Positions 40,581-56,231 of a stretch of DNA of 64,000 nt are shown one piece after another. Within the stretch, counting starts at the first letter, position 1; the number at the start of each line of letters is the position of its first letter. Position numbers and translations under genes: made by a program. Under the pieces are notes generated by a model. It searched no databases, was not told the origin of the DNA, and saw only the letters and a program-made list of their open reading frames with translations. The DNA comes from the human T2T-CHM13v2.0 reference genome, Homo sapiens. The stretch is taken from assembly GCF_009914755.1 (NCBI RefSeq), contig NC_060927.1. One strand, written 5' to 3'.

Positions 40581-40976
40581 TGTGGCAGAAATTTGAGCTA
40601 TCCTCTGAAATCCACTCTCCCTTTCTTTGTCTAAGTACACGGCTAGGCTACATTTTCCACACAATTGGAGTTAGGTGAGCATGAGACTAAATTCGAGACA
40701 ATAGTATGTGAGCAGAAGTACTCACAACTCCAGATCAAGGCTTTTAAGGGAGTGCTTCTATCTCTCCTCAATGTTTTATTTCCCTTTCCATGGGCCACTG
40801 AGATACTGGGGAGATACAAGACAGGGAAGTATGGCTTCCTAAATCAGAAGGGAGTTGAGCCACCTACCAATCCAGAATACCTGCCTTGAACAGTTACATG
40901 AGTGAGAAATCTATTATGTTTGAGCCTATTACATATGTCAGGATTTAAACAATACAGCAGTCTAGCTTACTCTGAT
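40581..40976 (+). mobile_element. MLT1J-like MaLR LTR
   Basis: TGTGGCAGA start; GAGAAAT...TTGAGCC...AGCAGTCTAGCTTACTCTGATTAATA end. Confidence 0.55.
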
Positions 40977-41694
40977 TAATAGTATACAATCCCTCTGTCT
41001 TGTTTTGTTCTAGTGATTTGGACTTTGGTTAATTATGTCTAACTATTAGAATTGATTAAGAGCTTGATCTCTGGAGACAGACAGACATAAATTCAAATTC
41101 AATTCATGACCTCTCAGTTATGTGACCTTATGCAATTTATTTATCCTCTTCTGTAAAGTGGGATTAATAAAAGTACATGCCACACTGAATGGTGTGAAAG
41201 GAAATGAGAGACATGTACAGCACAGTGCTTGCCACATAGCAGGCATGCAACAAATGGTAACCTTTTTATTACTGGCTACTAGTATAAATAGAATATTAAA
41301 ACTCTGGAATTAAACTCTCTTCAGAGAAATTCTAGTCAACTCTGATCAAGTTTCCAGCTCTAACCAGCAAGAACAAATATGATAAGGCTGATAGTAAAAT
41401 AAGTAGCCATAGGGTAGAGGTAGTCTACCTAGTGTGTCAAAGATATTCTTGTTGGAATAGCCCAAACTTGCTGTTAAAAAATATTAATAACACTTTTAGA
41501 TGCACAAAAAACAAAACACTTCCATTTAAATTCAAAGTTATCATAGACTCTTTCCTTGGTTTCCAGAATGCTTTCTTACCTTGATTCTCTCCCTACCTCT
41601 AGAATCTCCTTTTCCTTCTGGCTTCCCCACCACTATCTGCAAAAATATGCCCAAATCATTCCTCCTTTAAGTGCAGTGGAATAAAGAAAATTAA

Positions 41695-41700
<6 letters not shown>

Positions 41701-41746
<46 letters not shown>
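41701..41746. repeat. (TA)23 microsatellite
   Basis: Uninterrupted TA run. Confidence 0.97.
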
Positions 41747-41750
<4 letters not shown>

Positions 41751-42440
41751 CAAGAAACAATCTCAAGACTTTTGCCTTCTTTCTGTATTATTTCTCCCTC
41801 TAAACCCTCTTTCTTTCTCTTAAATTCAAACTCTAACCTGTGTTGCTGTCTTTGCAATCTGTCTCTAGTTTTGTCTTCTAAGCTGAGCTCCCTCAGGAGT
41901 TTCCAACACTGTTATCTCACTAAAACTTGTCTCAATAAAACCAAAACTAAACATACACTTCTCCCCAGCCTCAGCTTCCTTCCCAGTTTCCCTGCCTTTC
42001 TCAGGGATACCACCTTCAGCTCTGTTACCAAGCTTGCAAAATAGTGGAGCCAAGCTGGAGACATACAAATGGAGTCAGTCACTTAAGGCTTAAAGGCCTT
42101 GCTCTAAAGTGTTTTTCAGGTGACCCTGTCTAACCCAGTGATTCTCAACCAGGGCAATTTTCAGACTTTGGACTTACTTATTCTAACTGTGCACTTCATA
42201 CAAGCTTTAATGACTCCAAAGTATAAAGGTAAATCAAACTCAAGGGAACAATCACAAAGGAGTGGCCAACACTGCATAACATCTTTCTTTTCTTCAGTAG
42301 AAATCATAATCTTGCAGCAATCTGATTAAACAGATTCAGGATATCTGGCTTGAACCATTCAACTTTTTTTTTCCTCTAACAGAGCTTAGGTTTTGTCAGG
42401 GGCAAAAAAGGCCTTCTAAGTGAATGTTGGATTAAAATTA

Positions 42441-42748
<308 letters not shown>

Positions 42749-44330
42749 CAAGTTATACTCCAAATGTATCAGGAATGCTATTGAAAGATACCAGCCAAAT
42801 CAATATTCAACATGCTAGGTTCAATGAAGGAAATCAGATCAAGACAAAATCTAGTGGTCACCTCCAAATAGCTAATAATGCAGTCAGAACACTTAATGCA
42901 TAAAAATTTTGGACCAGGCAATGGGGGACACATGTTCTACAAAAGGAACAATGTGTAAAATCAGTGAAGCAAGAATAAAGACAGCATGGGAAAAGAACAA
43001 TAAGAAGACTGGCCTGACCAGAGCAGAGGGGCTACATTTTATTAGATGCAGCCATTTAAGGATAACAAATGCTATAGTTTACATCTGATCCAATGGCCAG
43101 TACGTTCTTGTAGGTTTCTGAGCAGAGGATTTTGTGTCAGAGTAATACAAATCTCAGTAAGTAAATCTATTGGGCGAGAATATGGGTATACTTTGTGGTA
43201 TTCTTTTAACTCTCCTGACTGAAATTTTTCATAATAAAAAGCTGGTGGGGGCGAATATTAACCTACTAGTAGAATACAGAGGCTGAGTTCATCACCTTCA
43301 AAATGGAAATATCAAATACAATAAACACTTATCATGTGCTTACTATGAGCCAGGCCATGAGAGTCAAAAGGTACAAAGGTAAATAAAGTCTACACCTTGC
43401 TTTTGAGGAGCCCTTAGTCTAGTAGCAGAAGCAAGCATGCATCAAATTATTCTAACACATGGGCTAAGTACAGTAGCAGGAACCCAAAAAGTAGGTGTAG
43501 CCTCAGGAGAGGGCACTGTCTGGGAAGGGATGATGGGAGCCACACAGCGTTCAACTTAGACTAGATACACAGAAAACCCCAAGGTTTCCAATCTTGGATA
43601 TGGGAAGAATAACTATGCGTGAAAAAAATAGCAAAGTTGGAAAGAATGTCTAGTTTAAGGGAACAATAAAGTGTTCCGCAGAGTATCTGGGGACACGCAT
43701 CAAAGGTCAACGTTTTTGAACATTTATGCATTGTTCAATGTGAGTAATAAAAGGACAACCTTATTCATAATAACCAGATCATAAAACAATTTTGCTGAGA
43801 CACTAAAAGCAGGTTTCCATTCTAAACATGTATATGAGCACTATCTACAAACTCATATATTATTTGCTCACTGATTATTCTCATTTGAGATACTTTATGC
43901 CTTTCATTATGCAAGGCACAACCTTAACAGTATTTGCAATATGACAGACAAATTTCACTATCCCTGATATACAAAGAGTCCTTACAAATCAACAACAGAA
44001 AATAAAAAAACATAAAAATACAACTCATAAAAGAAATATGCCAAGACACATTTGAAAAGATGTCCAGAGTCACCAATTTTAAAAATGCAAAGTAACAATA
44101 AGATACTTTTCCCTTTTCAAATCAGCTGAAGCTAAAAAATGGAAAGAACCCAGTTTGGGGATAGGTGTAGAAAATCTACCATTTTCACGCATTGCTGACA
44201 GATGTCATAATTTGATATCACATTTCCAGAAAGCAGAGAGGCAGCAAGAAAAATAATATTAAACGTTCATACTCTTCAACATAACAATGCTATTTCTAAG
44301 AATTTATCCCAAATTCTTAGAAGAAAACTA

Positions 44331-44333
<3 letters not shown>

Positions 44334-44376
<43 letters not shown>
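44334..44376. repeat. (TA)21 microsatellite
   Basis: Uninterrupted TA run. Confidence 0.97.
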
Positions 44377-44379
<3 letters not shown>

Positions 44380-45145
44380 GGTTCATTACAGTTTTTTATG
44401 GAATTTATCTCAAAAAGATAATTAAGCCAAATATGCATGTAAAAGTTCATTACAGATTTTTATTTATGCATTTATGGCAAAAAACAACTTAATATTTCAA
44501 TGTCCATCAACAAGAAATTGGCTAAAGTCTGGTACAAGAATACAATAGAACCATTAATACTGAGATACAGACCCAACTATATTTATTAACATGGAGAGAT
44601 TTCCTGACACATTGTAAGGTAAAAAATGTAAAGTATGATCATATAAATATATATAATAAATAAACAGTAATATCAAAATAACACCAGCTATCATTTGCTA
44701 ATGATTTACCACATGCAAATGTACACTGTAGCCCAGTGTACATTTTTATGTGAATTAATCCTCACCCCTTGAAGAAGAAACTTTAATGCTACCATTTTAC
44801 CAAAGAGAAAACTTAGGTGAAAGAGATTAAATAGACTGTCCAATATCTTGCAGTAGCAAACAGGGGAGCTGGGACTCACAACCAGACAGCCTGACACCAA
44901 AGTCCACATCCTGAAGCATGTGTATATGCACACATCAAGCTATTGTGTGTGTGTGTGTGTCTGTTTACGTGAATAAAAGCTGCATCAATGGCTACTCAGA
45001 TATATTTCTCCAAGTTGTTCTTCCTAGGTAGTAGCATTTGGGATAATTTTTATTTTATTATTTACTTTTTTTAATTTGATTTTTAATGAGTGGGTATTTT
45101 TTATAATCAGAAAAAAAGTGGCTCTATATTTGTAAAATAGTATAG

Positions 45146-45530
<385 letters not shown>

Positions 45531-45798
45531 ACCAAATGGCATTTTTTAACTATATGATACAAGATATTTTGCTTTTCTTCACCAGATTAAAAGCATGCCA
45601 ACCTTATATAAAAGCTACCTAGATTTAAAATGTGGTTTGTTCTGAGGAAAGGTCACATACTCAACAGTATGTGAAATAAAAGGATCCGTACATAAGCATA
45701 TCATCTTCCATCCCGCACCTATCCAGGAGACTGCAAAGCTTCAGAGAGCTGGACAATGATAGACTCTTTAAGAGGGGAAGGAATCTTAGAGATCAGTT

Positions 45799-45850
45799 AA
45801 GCCCTCGCTATCATGTTACTCAGAAAGCCCTCGCTATCATGTTACTCAGA
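45799..45850. repeat. Perfect 26-bp tandem duplication AAGCCCTCGCTATCATGTTACTCAGA x2
   Basis: Read directly. Confidence 0.95.
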
Positions 45851-48335
45851 CCCAAAGTCACACCACCGGTGTGGCAGAAGCAGAACTGGAATCCAATGCT
45901 CTTTGAACAACACCATGCCATCAGAAGACAACCTTTTGTTTTTTTCTTTTTGTGAACTTACCAGCCAATAAAGTCAAAGCCCATATTATGCCCTCATCAT
46001 CAAAAAATAACACTAGCCTTGCTACAATCATGCAGGTGCATGCTGCAGCTCAATAATAACCTCAAGACCAATACAAGTGCTGGCATTGCCTGGATTCTGC
46101 TTTAAGCAATGAGAATCATGTAGGTAGAGGGAAGACAGGCTGCTGGGCTTTTTTAGTGGAAGCTGGTAAGCCTAGCCCCTTTAAGGCTCCAGGACATAAG
46201 ATGCTCTTGGAGCTTTGAACACTGCAGTGACACAGTCCACAGTAAGAACCAGCTCTGCTCCTCTTGTGCCCATTTTCAGTCACTCTACACTTGTGCCAGC
46301 CGTTATGCCACAGTGCACATACAGGCCAGCTTACTTAAGCTGTCTCTTCTTTCTGTCCCTGAAGTTCCATCCAGGGGTGCTCTCTGCTCAGGAAATGTCT
46401 GTCCCCATATGGTAATCCCACCTGGGTAGGTCCACTCCTCAGGGAATTGCCTGTATAGTAAAACCTCTGGGGATCCCCTCTCTTTGGGTTATTCCTGCCC
46501 CTCTCTGTGTTTTTTCATGCAGCAGGGTTATGGATGTGACAGACTTTCATCTTGCAGTTCCCTGGCCAGGCTTGCTCCAGTCTCTCTTCTCTAATTAGCT
46601 GGCTCAATGACGTAAATATCAAGTGTAAGGTGTAAAGCGGTGGAAACAAGAAGCCTCATGGCAGCCTTGGCCTAAACTGAGTTCTGGAATCTACTTTTAC
46701 CAGAGGGTCTTAATGGGAACTTGCTCTACCATTACCAAGCATACGAGATGAAAAAATGGAAACAAAATACCAGACAGGGACATGAAGGCTTTAAGTCTTC
46801 CTGCAGGTGTAGCACAAACCTTATGGTTCCAGTTGGGGCCAATCTAAAAACAATGATTTGACCATACAGACTTCCTGGGCACCAGAGGGTAGAATGATTT
46901 CTGTATTGCAGCCAATATCCTCCTTTGATCGGGACTCTCAGCCAGGACAGCAGCCAGGCTGATTATAAGGCACAGAGCAGCCAGGTTCCACACAGACCCT
47001 GGGGCGTGGGATTATGAGACAGCGATCCCAAATTGTGTTCTTTATCATGTGTCGAATTGCACACAGGGTCAAAGAGAGACCTACAAATAAGTTAAATTCA
47101 TGTGGCTTTTACATTAACAACTGGATCACTGGCCCACAAGAGGTAAAGTCTGACCATTGTGGTCAAGATGTAGAGAAACACACTGTGAGTTCACCATGGA
47201 GAGGTCAGGGGAGTGTGTGGAGAGTGGGGAGTTATTTTAACAAGGATCAGGAAAAGAATAATGGATTCTTTATTCTGGGGATTATTCTTTTCCTGAATTT
47301 GGGTAAAGAAAAAAAAAATCAATGGAATTATCACAAACTCAAAGGTTAAGAAGGAAATGCATAACACTGTCTTCAGGAATCACCTTATTCCAGATTCAAA
47401 GAGAAACAGGAACGAAAAGTATTCTCAGTTATGAAGCAGATTAGGAAACACTTCAGTAAGAGAAAAATGAAGGACCGCACTGCTCAAGCTGGAAGATGAG
47501 AGGAATCTCCATAGGACAAAAGTTGCAATTTTAACGGCCAGGCTAAAAGAGGGCCAGGCCAACTCCAGAGGACCCGAGATGCAGAGACACTACTTACCTA
47601 CAGGCAGGCAGTTAATGGTGAGAGCAATTGTGGGAGCCTCCCTCCTTGTACCTAGGGCAGCTGCCTTGGGGAGTTACACAGATGTAGACAGACGTGAGAA
47701 TGGAGAATCAGCCCCGCATACACCCATCCTTACTATAACAGTTTCTCAGTAACACAGATAACTTAGGGAAGCTGGTGAGGACCACTCCCTGAGGGAACTC
47801 CATGCCCTTAAGATTCCACAGGAAGGTACAGGAGAGGTGAGACACAGGATACTGAAGACAGTCCTGCCACAACAGCCCAGGCCGGATTAGATGCTGCACT
47901 AACCTCTGCACACAATCACTCAACTGAGTCTAGCCATGGAAGCACCAGTGAGGAAAACAAGAATATTTCCTCCTCTCACTCATGCCTCCATCTACTCTCA
48001 TTACCCCAGATACTGCCAAGAGTTTGCTTGTTTTGGCTAGAATAATGTCAGAAATATACTGTGGCATCTCAGTAGAAATGCTCTAGAGGCTGTGAGGTGG
48101 CCCTGGGCTGAAGAAGTTCCCAAGACACAGACCTTTAAAACTGGGACAAGTTGATCACACTTGGTAAAGAGTAAAGGCCATTACTCTTTCCTCCAAAAGA
48201 CCCAGGGACTGGAGTCAGCATCTGGCACTCTGTTTTTGAAAGATTCCCACTGCCAATTCATAGACTAATAAAAGAGATAATAAGCATGGATTACTCAGAT
48301 CATGCTTTCTAGTCTGTAACTCCCAGAAGATTTAG

Positions 48336-48681
<346 letters not shown>

Positions 48682-49145
48682 ATGGTTATACATCTTAATC
48701 AAACAGTAGTCTATTCATATAGAAAAGGAAGATAAATATCCCCTTCTAAGGGATAGGTTTTGGATATGAATTCAGGGGAGGTGTGTGCTTTCTAGCAGGC
48801 CTGCTTCACTTTACAGGTCTGCACCAGGTCATCCTGTTTAGGAGGATGCTCAGGTTAAAAGAGGCTAAGGACATATGACGACTAAATACAGTGTAGGATC
48901 TCAGACTGGATCCTAAATATTAGTGGGACAATTAGTGAAATTTGAATAAGGTCTGTAGATTACACTAATAGAATTGTATCAATGTCAATTTTCTGGTTTC
49001 AACAATTGCACCATCGTCATCTAAGATGTTCACATCTGGGGAAGCTAGGTGAAGGGCATAAGGAAATTTGTACTATTTTTGCAACTTTTTGTAAATCTAA
49101 AATTATTTCAAAACAAGAAACTTTTTAAAAAGAGCCTCTTCCAGG

Positions 49146-49467
49146 GGCTGGGCACAGTAGCTGAGGCTTGTAATCCCAGCACTTTGGGAGTCCATGGGGG
49201 GTGGATCTATTGAGCTCAGGAGTTCAAGACCAGCCTGGGCAACATGGCGAAACCCTGTCTCTACAATAAATACAAAAAAAAAGAAAAAAAAAATTAGCTG
49301 GATACGGTGAAGCTCTCGCCTGTAGTCCCAGCTACCCAGGAGGCTGAGATGGGAGGATCACCTGACCCCAGAGGTCAAGGCTGCAGTGAGCTGTGACTGC
49401 ACCACTGCACGCACTGCAGTTTGGGCAACAGAGTGAGACCTTGTCCAAAAAAAAAAAAAAAAAAAAA
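49146..49467 (+). repeat. Alu (AluJ)
   Basis: Diverged dimer with A-tail. Confidence 0.85.
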
Positions 49468-50075
49468 TCCTCTTCCACCCAAAATTCCGTAATTTCCTAA
49501 CACATACACACAAAAACTCATACACATTAAAAATAACAGTTTTGGATTCACACATGACATGAGATTTATTGTGAGCTTTTAACCATTAAAACAAAGGTTT
49601 ACTGCTTATAAAAACAGAAGGCTAGAGACAATTTAACTGACAGATGAGAAAAAGGCTTAGTACAGCTCTCATGCAAGCCATGACAAATATATCCATTTGA
49701 GGAACACTGATTTTTCACCTCCAAGCACAGTACTAGGCACATAACTAAAACTCTAATATTTAAAAAAAGAATGAATCCACATGATGAATGATTATACAAG
49801 CATTTTCAAAGATGTTTAAGAAGAATTTGATCCACAAAAATGCTAAGTGAGAAAATGTAAGGTGGAAAGAAAAAGCAAAAGTATGAAGTAATATAACAAT
49901 ATTACCCCAATTAGGTAACAATACTACCCTAATTTTGTGTACATTCATATACACAAAAATACAAAAATTAGGAAGAAATGCATCAAAATGTTATTACATG
50001 TGGCAAAACTACAGATTTTAATTTTCATCCTTATAATTTTCTCTGTCTTCCAAGTTGTCTACAATGAAAAAAGTT

Positions 50076-50364
50076 GGCCAGCACAGTGGCTCACGTCTGT
50101 AATCCCAGCACTTTGGGAGGCCGAGGTGGGAGGATTACCTGAGGTCAGGAGTTCAAGACCAGCCTGGCCAACATGGTGGAACCCCATCTCTACTAAAAAC
50201 ACAAAAATTAGCCGGGCATGGTGGCAGGCGCCTATAATCCCAGCTACTCGGGAGAATCGCTTGAACCCGAGAGGCGGAGGTTGCAGTGAGCAGACATTGT
50301 GCCACTGCACTCCAGCCTGAGCGACAGAGCAAGACTCCGTCTCAAAAAAAACAAAAAGAAAAAA
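50076..50364 (+). repeat. Alu (AluSx) with small right-arm deletion
   Basis: CTACTCGGGAGAATCGC lacks GGCTGAGGCAGG; TSD AAAAAAGTT. Confidence 0.9.
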
Positions 50365-50949
50365 GTTTCAGTGGGTTTAAGTGCATTTACACACTTCAAT
50401 TTATCAAGACTTTTCTATGCCCTTCCATTATTTTAGATCTTTCAAATTTCATTCATCTGCAACTCTACGATTCTTTCAGCAACAGCTGTTCAGAACAGAT
50501 GATTTACTTTCCATAGCGAATTTTAAACTGTTTATCATGCAGAATGGGCCCTTAGAAAACATCTAGTCCTCTAGATTTGTATGACTTTAAATTAAAAGTA
50601 GACACTACAAAGTGGATTTAACCGCTTTAAACCCCACAGGATTAGATTTAAACTCCGCAGGATTTAAGGCAATATGATACAACTGTGTCTTGAGTCTGAA
50701 TAAACCTCAGCTGCACTTTTTAAGTCTGGGATCTCCATACACCGTCCTGCTGGAATATAAGGTTTTACAGAAGGCAGCGCACACCAATGCTGGTGCTGTG
50801 AAGGCACCCACAAAATCAGACGCTGCCTATAGGGGAGAACCCCATTCCATCCACGTTTCTCAGGTGTCCCAGGCACTAGCCAGACAGGTATCTATTATTT
50901 AAACTGTACAGTATGTCCCAGTCAAAAGCCTGGAAACTCAGTCACCTCG

Positions 50950-52020
50950 ATGTGAGCATTATCCTGCAAGCCCGCTCCGGCCAAACCTGCTTGGAGACAG
51001 CCTAGTCCGCCCTGATCCCCGGACTGCCCGGGAAGCAAGAACCCCGGGACCCGCGAGCTGACCCTTCTAAAAACCACCCTTCACTCCGCTCCGCCGACCA
51101 CCCCACTCACTGCCTCCTTCCCCAAAGCGCTGAGGCCCCCAACATCCTCCATCCTGACTTCACCAGCCCCAAATTTCCGCCTCACCGCCTTTCTCTCAGG
51201 ACTCAAACCCTCGCCCCAGACCCATAATCCCCTCCACAAACCTCTCCCCTCCCCTGCGACCGCCGCTCCCCGCAACACCTTCACTCGTCCCTGCCCCCAC
51301 AGCCCCCGCGCCCATCCTGGTCCCACTTCCCATCCCCAGGGGTGCTGGCACCGGGAGGCGGCCCGGGAACGCAGGGCGGCGACCAGGCGGAGCTCCTGGA
51401 GCCTGCAGCGGCCGGGGCTCTGTGGCTGCAAGGGGCCGGGCTCTGCTGCGGACAGCTGGGGGGTCCGAGGTGCCCTCCCCGACTCACCAGCCGCCGCAGC
51501 GCTCCACGTCTTCGGAGGCGGGTCCGAGAGCCGGCGAGAACCGGAGGCCGGGCGAAAGAGTGCTCGGTGCGGGGGGCGGGCCAGGCCAGTGGGGCGGGCG
51601 CCGCCGAGCGCTGGGCGTGGCGGACGCGGCGGGGCCTAGATGCGGTCACACGCAGGGGGGCGGGGCCGCGGCGGGAGAGGCGGGGCCTCACTGGGCGGTA
51701 GCTCCGGGAGGGGCGGAACTGCGGTGGGAGGGGCGGGGCCTCACTGGGCGATCGTAGTGGACGAGAACCTAGACTGGAACCGGTCCGAAGAAAAAAAGGC
51801 AGCCCTCATTGGGCTGTCGCCTGGAACAGGAGACCAGGCCGGGAGAAAGGGAGGGGCGTGCCTAACGTACTGTACCACCCATCGAAATCCGGACGGCAGC
51901 GGGAGAGGCGCGGCCGAGAAGGCAGAGGCCTGGTTGGGCTGTCACTCCGAGCCGGGGCGGCATGTGGCTGGGCTCTCCAACCGCGAGCGGTCGGGGCAGG
52001 GGAAAGGAATACGCCCCTTC
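50950..52020. promoter_or_regulatory. ANO10: CpG-island promoter of ANO10 (GC boxes, CCAAT-like boxes, no obvious TATA box)
   Basis: Very GC/CpG-rich ~1 kb block with many GGGCGG motifs, ATTGG at ~51808, surrounding a GTGAGT donor; lies 16 kb upstream of the ATG-containing exon. Confidence 0.9.
51488..51640 (-). other. ANO10: ANO10 non-coding exon 1 (3' boundary firm, TSS approximate)
   Basis: Minus-strand donor CTG|GTGAGT (plus actcac 51482-51487) inside the CpG island; no ATG in the exon. Confidence 0.75.
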
Positions 52021-52198
52021 ACATTTCCCTCTTCCATCTCTTAAAGACCAGAACCTAATTTTCTGGTCACTTTCAGGTATAAGAACAAGTCTCATTTTAA
52101 CTGTAGCTCACTTTCAAGTTGTGAGAAACGCAGATCCTTTTATAATTAAAACCTAACATCCAACCACAGCCAAATCCCAAAACCCTTGCTCCTCCTAG

Positions 52199-52740
<542 letters not shown>

Positions 52741-52759
52741 TGCCGGCTTTAAGTGTTTT

Positions 52760-53060
52760 TAGTTACCCAGGGTCTACCACAGTCTGAAAATAGGTGAGGC
52801 CAGAACAATAAGATATTTGGAGAGAGAGAGAGAGACCATATTCACCTTTTATTACAGTCTATTTTTATAATTGTTCTATTTTATTATTATTCATTGTTGT
52901 TAATCCCTTACTGTACCTAATTTATAAATGAAACTTTATCATAGTATGTATGTATGTGTAGGAAAAAACATAGTATACATAGAGTTTTATACTATCCTCA
53001 GTTTCAAGCATCCACTGTGGATCTTGGAATGTATCTCCCACAGATAATGGAGGATTACCA
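52760..53060 (-). mobile_element. MER44/Tigger7 fragment
   Basis: Reverse complement matches the MER44 5' end (CAGTGGATGCTTGAAACTGAGGATAGTAT...ATAAATTAGGTACAGTAAG). Confidence 0.7.
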
Positions 53061-53750
53061 GCCCCAATGTTTAGAACAGTGTTAGGTCCATAGCAGACAA
53101 GCAATAATTCTGAAATGAAAAATTTAAAAAATGAATGAACACTTTCTGCCTCCATACATCCAGCTTTGGCCAGATCAATGCCTCAACAAACTGCAGTGCG
53201 GAGAAGGCTGGTCTGTTCTTTACTCCCCACCCTTCTCTGGGTCTTCCAGGTTCCAGGCAGGAGGCAGGGAAACTAAAAGAAAGGAGCAGAAGACTCGTTA
53301 CTTGGTAGGAGCAGTTTGTCATTCTTTCTAGTCCTCCGATGCTATCATGGCAGCTCACAACATTATTAACCAGTTTTTGTGCAGCTATCTTTTTGTAGGT
53401 CCTGTGTGGTTATGTTCAGAAGTTCTCTCTTTCTTCTGAAAATCAGGACAAATTATTTATGAACTTCAATAAGTTTAGACATGAATTACTCCTTAGACTT
53501 TTGTTTTTAAATTGTACTCTTCTTATCTTCTCATCCTAGAACGCACGGCCATCCTCCATATAATTTCATTTTCTTATATTTATGTGGCTGGAGGAATTAG
53601 GAAGAAAAATGAATGGAAATATAAAAGTCATTTTCTCTTGTATAATCTTATTTCATCTCCACAATTAACAAATTAAAACTTTCTGTTAAGTATAGCAAAT
53701 TGTTGGACAGCATAAATGGCAAACCTGAGTTAATGACATAGATCCCTATA

Positions 53751-54532
53751 TAGTAGTCCCCCTTAGCCACATTTCAATACCCCCACTGGATGCCTGAAAC
53801 CACAGATAGTACTGAACCCTGTATATATTATGTTTTTTCGACCTGATAGCCTAGATGGCTGCTAAGTGACCAAAAGGTATGTAGCATTGATATAGTTTGG
53901 ATCTGTGTCCTCACTTAAATCTCATGCTGAATTGTAATCTCCAGTATTGGGGGTGGGGCCTGGTGCAAGGTGATTGGATCATGGGGGTAGATTTCTCATG
54001 AATGGTTTAGCACCATCCTCTTGGTGCTGTCCTCGAAATAGTGAGAGACTTTTCACAAGATCTGGCTGTTTAAAAGTGTGTGGCATCTTGCTCTCTCTCT
54101 GTTGCTCCTGCTCTCGCCATGTGATATGCCTGCTCCCCCTTTGCTGTCTGCCATGATTTTAAGTTTCCTGAGGCCTTCCCAGAAGCCAAGCAGATGCCAG
54201 CATCATGCTTCCTGTACAGCCTGAAAAACCAGAGCCAATTAAACCTCTTTGCTTTATAAATTACCCAGTCTCAGTTATTTCTTTATAGCAATATGAGAAT
54301 GGACTAATACAAGGACCTACAGTATGGACACACCGGACAAAGAGATGATTCACATCGCAGGAGGGATGGAGTAGGACAGGCGGAGATTTCATCACGATAC
54401 TCAGAATGGCACACAATTTAAAACTTATGCAATGTTTATTTCTGGAATTTTCCATGCAATGTTTTCTGACCTCAGTTGACTGAAGGTAATTGAAACCATG
54501 GAAAGAGAAACTGTGGCTAAGGAGAACTACTG
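53751..54532 (+). mobile_element. MER44A (Tigger7 derivative), interrupted by the MST LTR
   Basis: TIR-like TAGTAGTCCCCCTTA / TAAGGAGAACTACTG ends; GGATGCCTGAAACCACAGATAGTACTGAACCC. Confidence 0.75.
53888..54311 (+). mobile_element. MSTB-like MaLR solo LTR inserted into MER44
   Basis: TGATATAGTTTGGATCTGTGTC...ATTAAACCTC...GGACTAATACA. Confidence 0.85.
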
Positions 54533-55425
54533 TATCAATTACCTATGACTGCATGTCAAACAATTACACAGAATTAGGGATTCCTTTCTCCACTTGTCTC
54601 TCTTTGGGTATTTCCTCCATGTTCTCTCTGGCTTCCAAGAGTCCCTTTTCCCAACTCCTCTGTCCAGAAGGACAGGTTTTCTCTCAGGTGACTGTGTCAC
54701 CATACCACTGCAGGGCAGCTCCCAGACAGGGAATGGCTTCAGGGAAACGGAGGGAGAGAAAAAAAGGAATCAGCAGTTTCCACCACTTTCTCTAGCTTGC
54801 AGCAGACTTTTTTCCTGGTCCTGTGGCTACATGGTCCGGCTTCTCTCGGACATTTTGCTGATAGTGTCTGGTTGACAATTCCCTATTCATCTGTCCTCAG
54901 ATCAAAGCCAAGAGGTAAAGGAGAAAAAAATAAAAACAAGACTCTCACTACTACTCTATCTGTCTTTCTTCAGGCTTTGAGTTCCCTGCCATCATGATCC
55001 ACCTGCTATTATTTACTTTTCAGAGTCCTTGGGTAGTTGTTCTTTACATTTTATCTAGAGGTTTTAGTAGTGATCAATCAGTAGCAGACATGGGCAGCAG
55101 TGGACTTACTCTATTTTGGTCAGAAATGGAACTCATCAATCTAGTAGATGAAAAAACATTTTAAGTCGTATTTTTCTTATGAAGAGTGAGTTCGAGAGCA
55201 TCTTCTCAGGTTAAAGAGACATTTGTCTTTCATTTTCTGTGAATTATCTATTTATTTGTATTGTCTAATTTTCTACTATGTATAGAAACTCTTTATATAA
55301 TAGAACAGTCCTTTTTCTTAGATATGAATGTCAAAACTTTTCCTCAGTTTGTCACGTCCTTTGATTTATCTTATGCTACTTTGTTTTTGTTTTTGTTTAT
55401 TGGCCGTGAAAACTTCTATTTCTAA

Positions 55426-56231
<806 letters not shown>

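Noticed and set aside
46200-47560. Unassigned stretch with ORF 47014..47349 as a hidden gene or retrocopy
   Set aside because: No recognisable protein similarity, poly-A tail or TSD; probably an ancient LTR-type repeat that I cannot name without a search.
51504-51511. CCACGTCT in exon 1 as an XBP1/ATF6 UPR element
   Set aside because: One mismatch from the TGACGTGG consensus, and such motifs are common by chance in CpG islands.
51081-52156. Several 110-136 aa ORFs on both strands
   Set aside because: Expected by-product of stop-poor GC-rich CpG-island sequence; Arg/Gly/Pro-rich with no recognisable domain.
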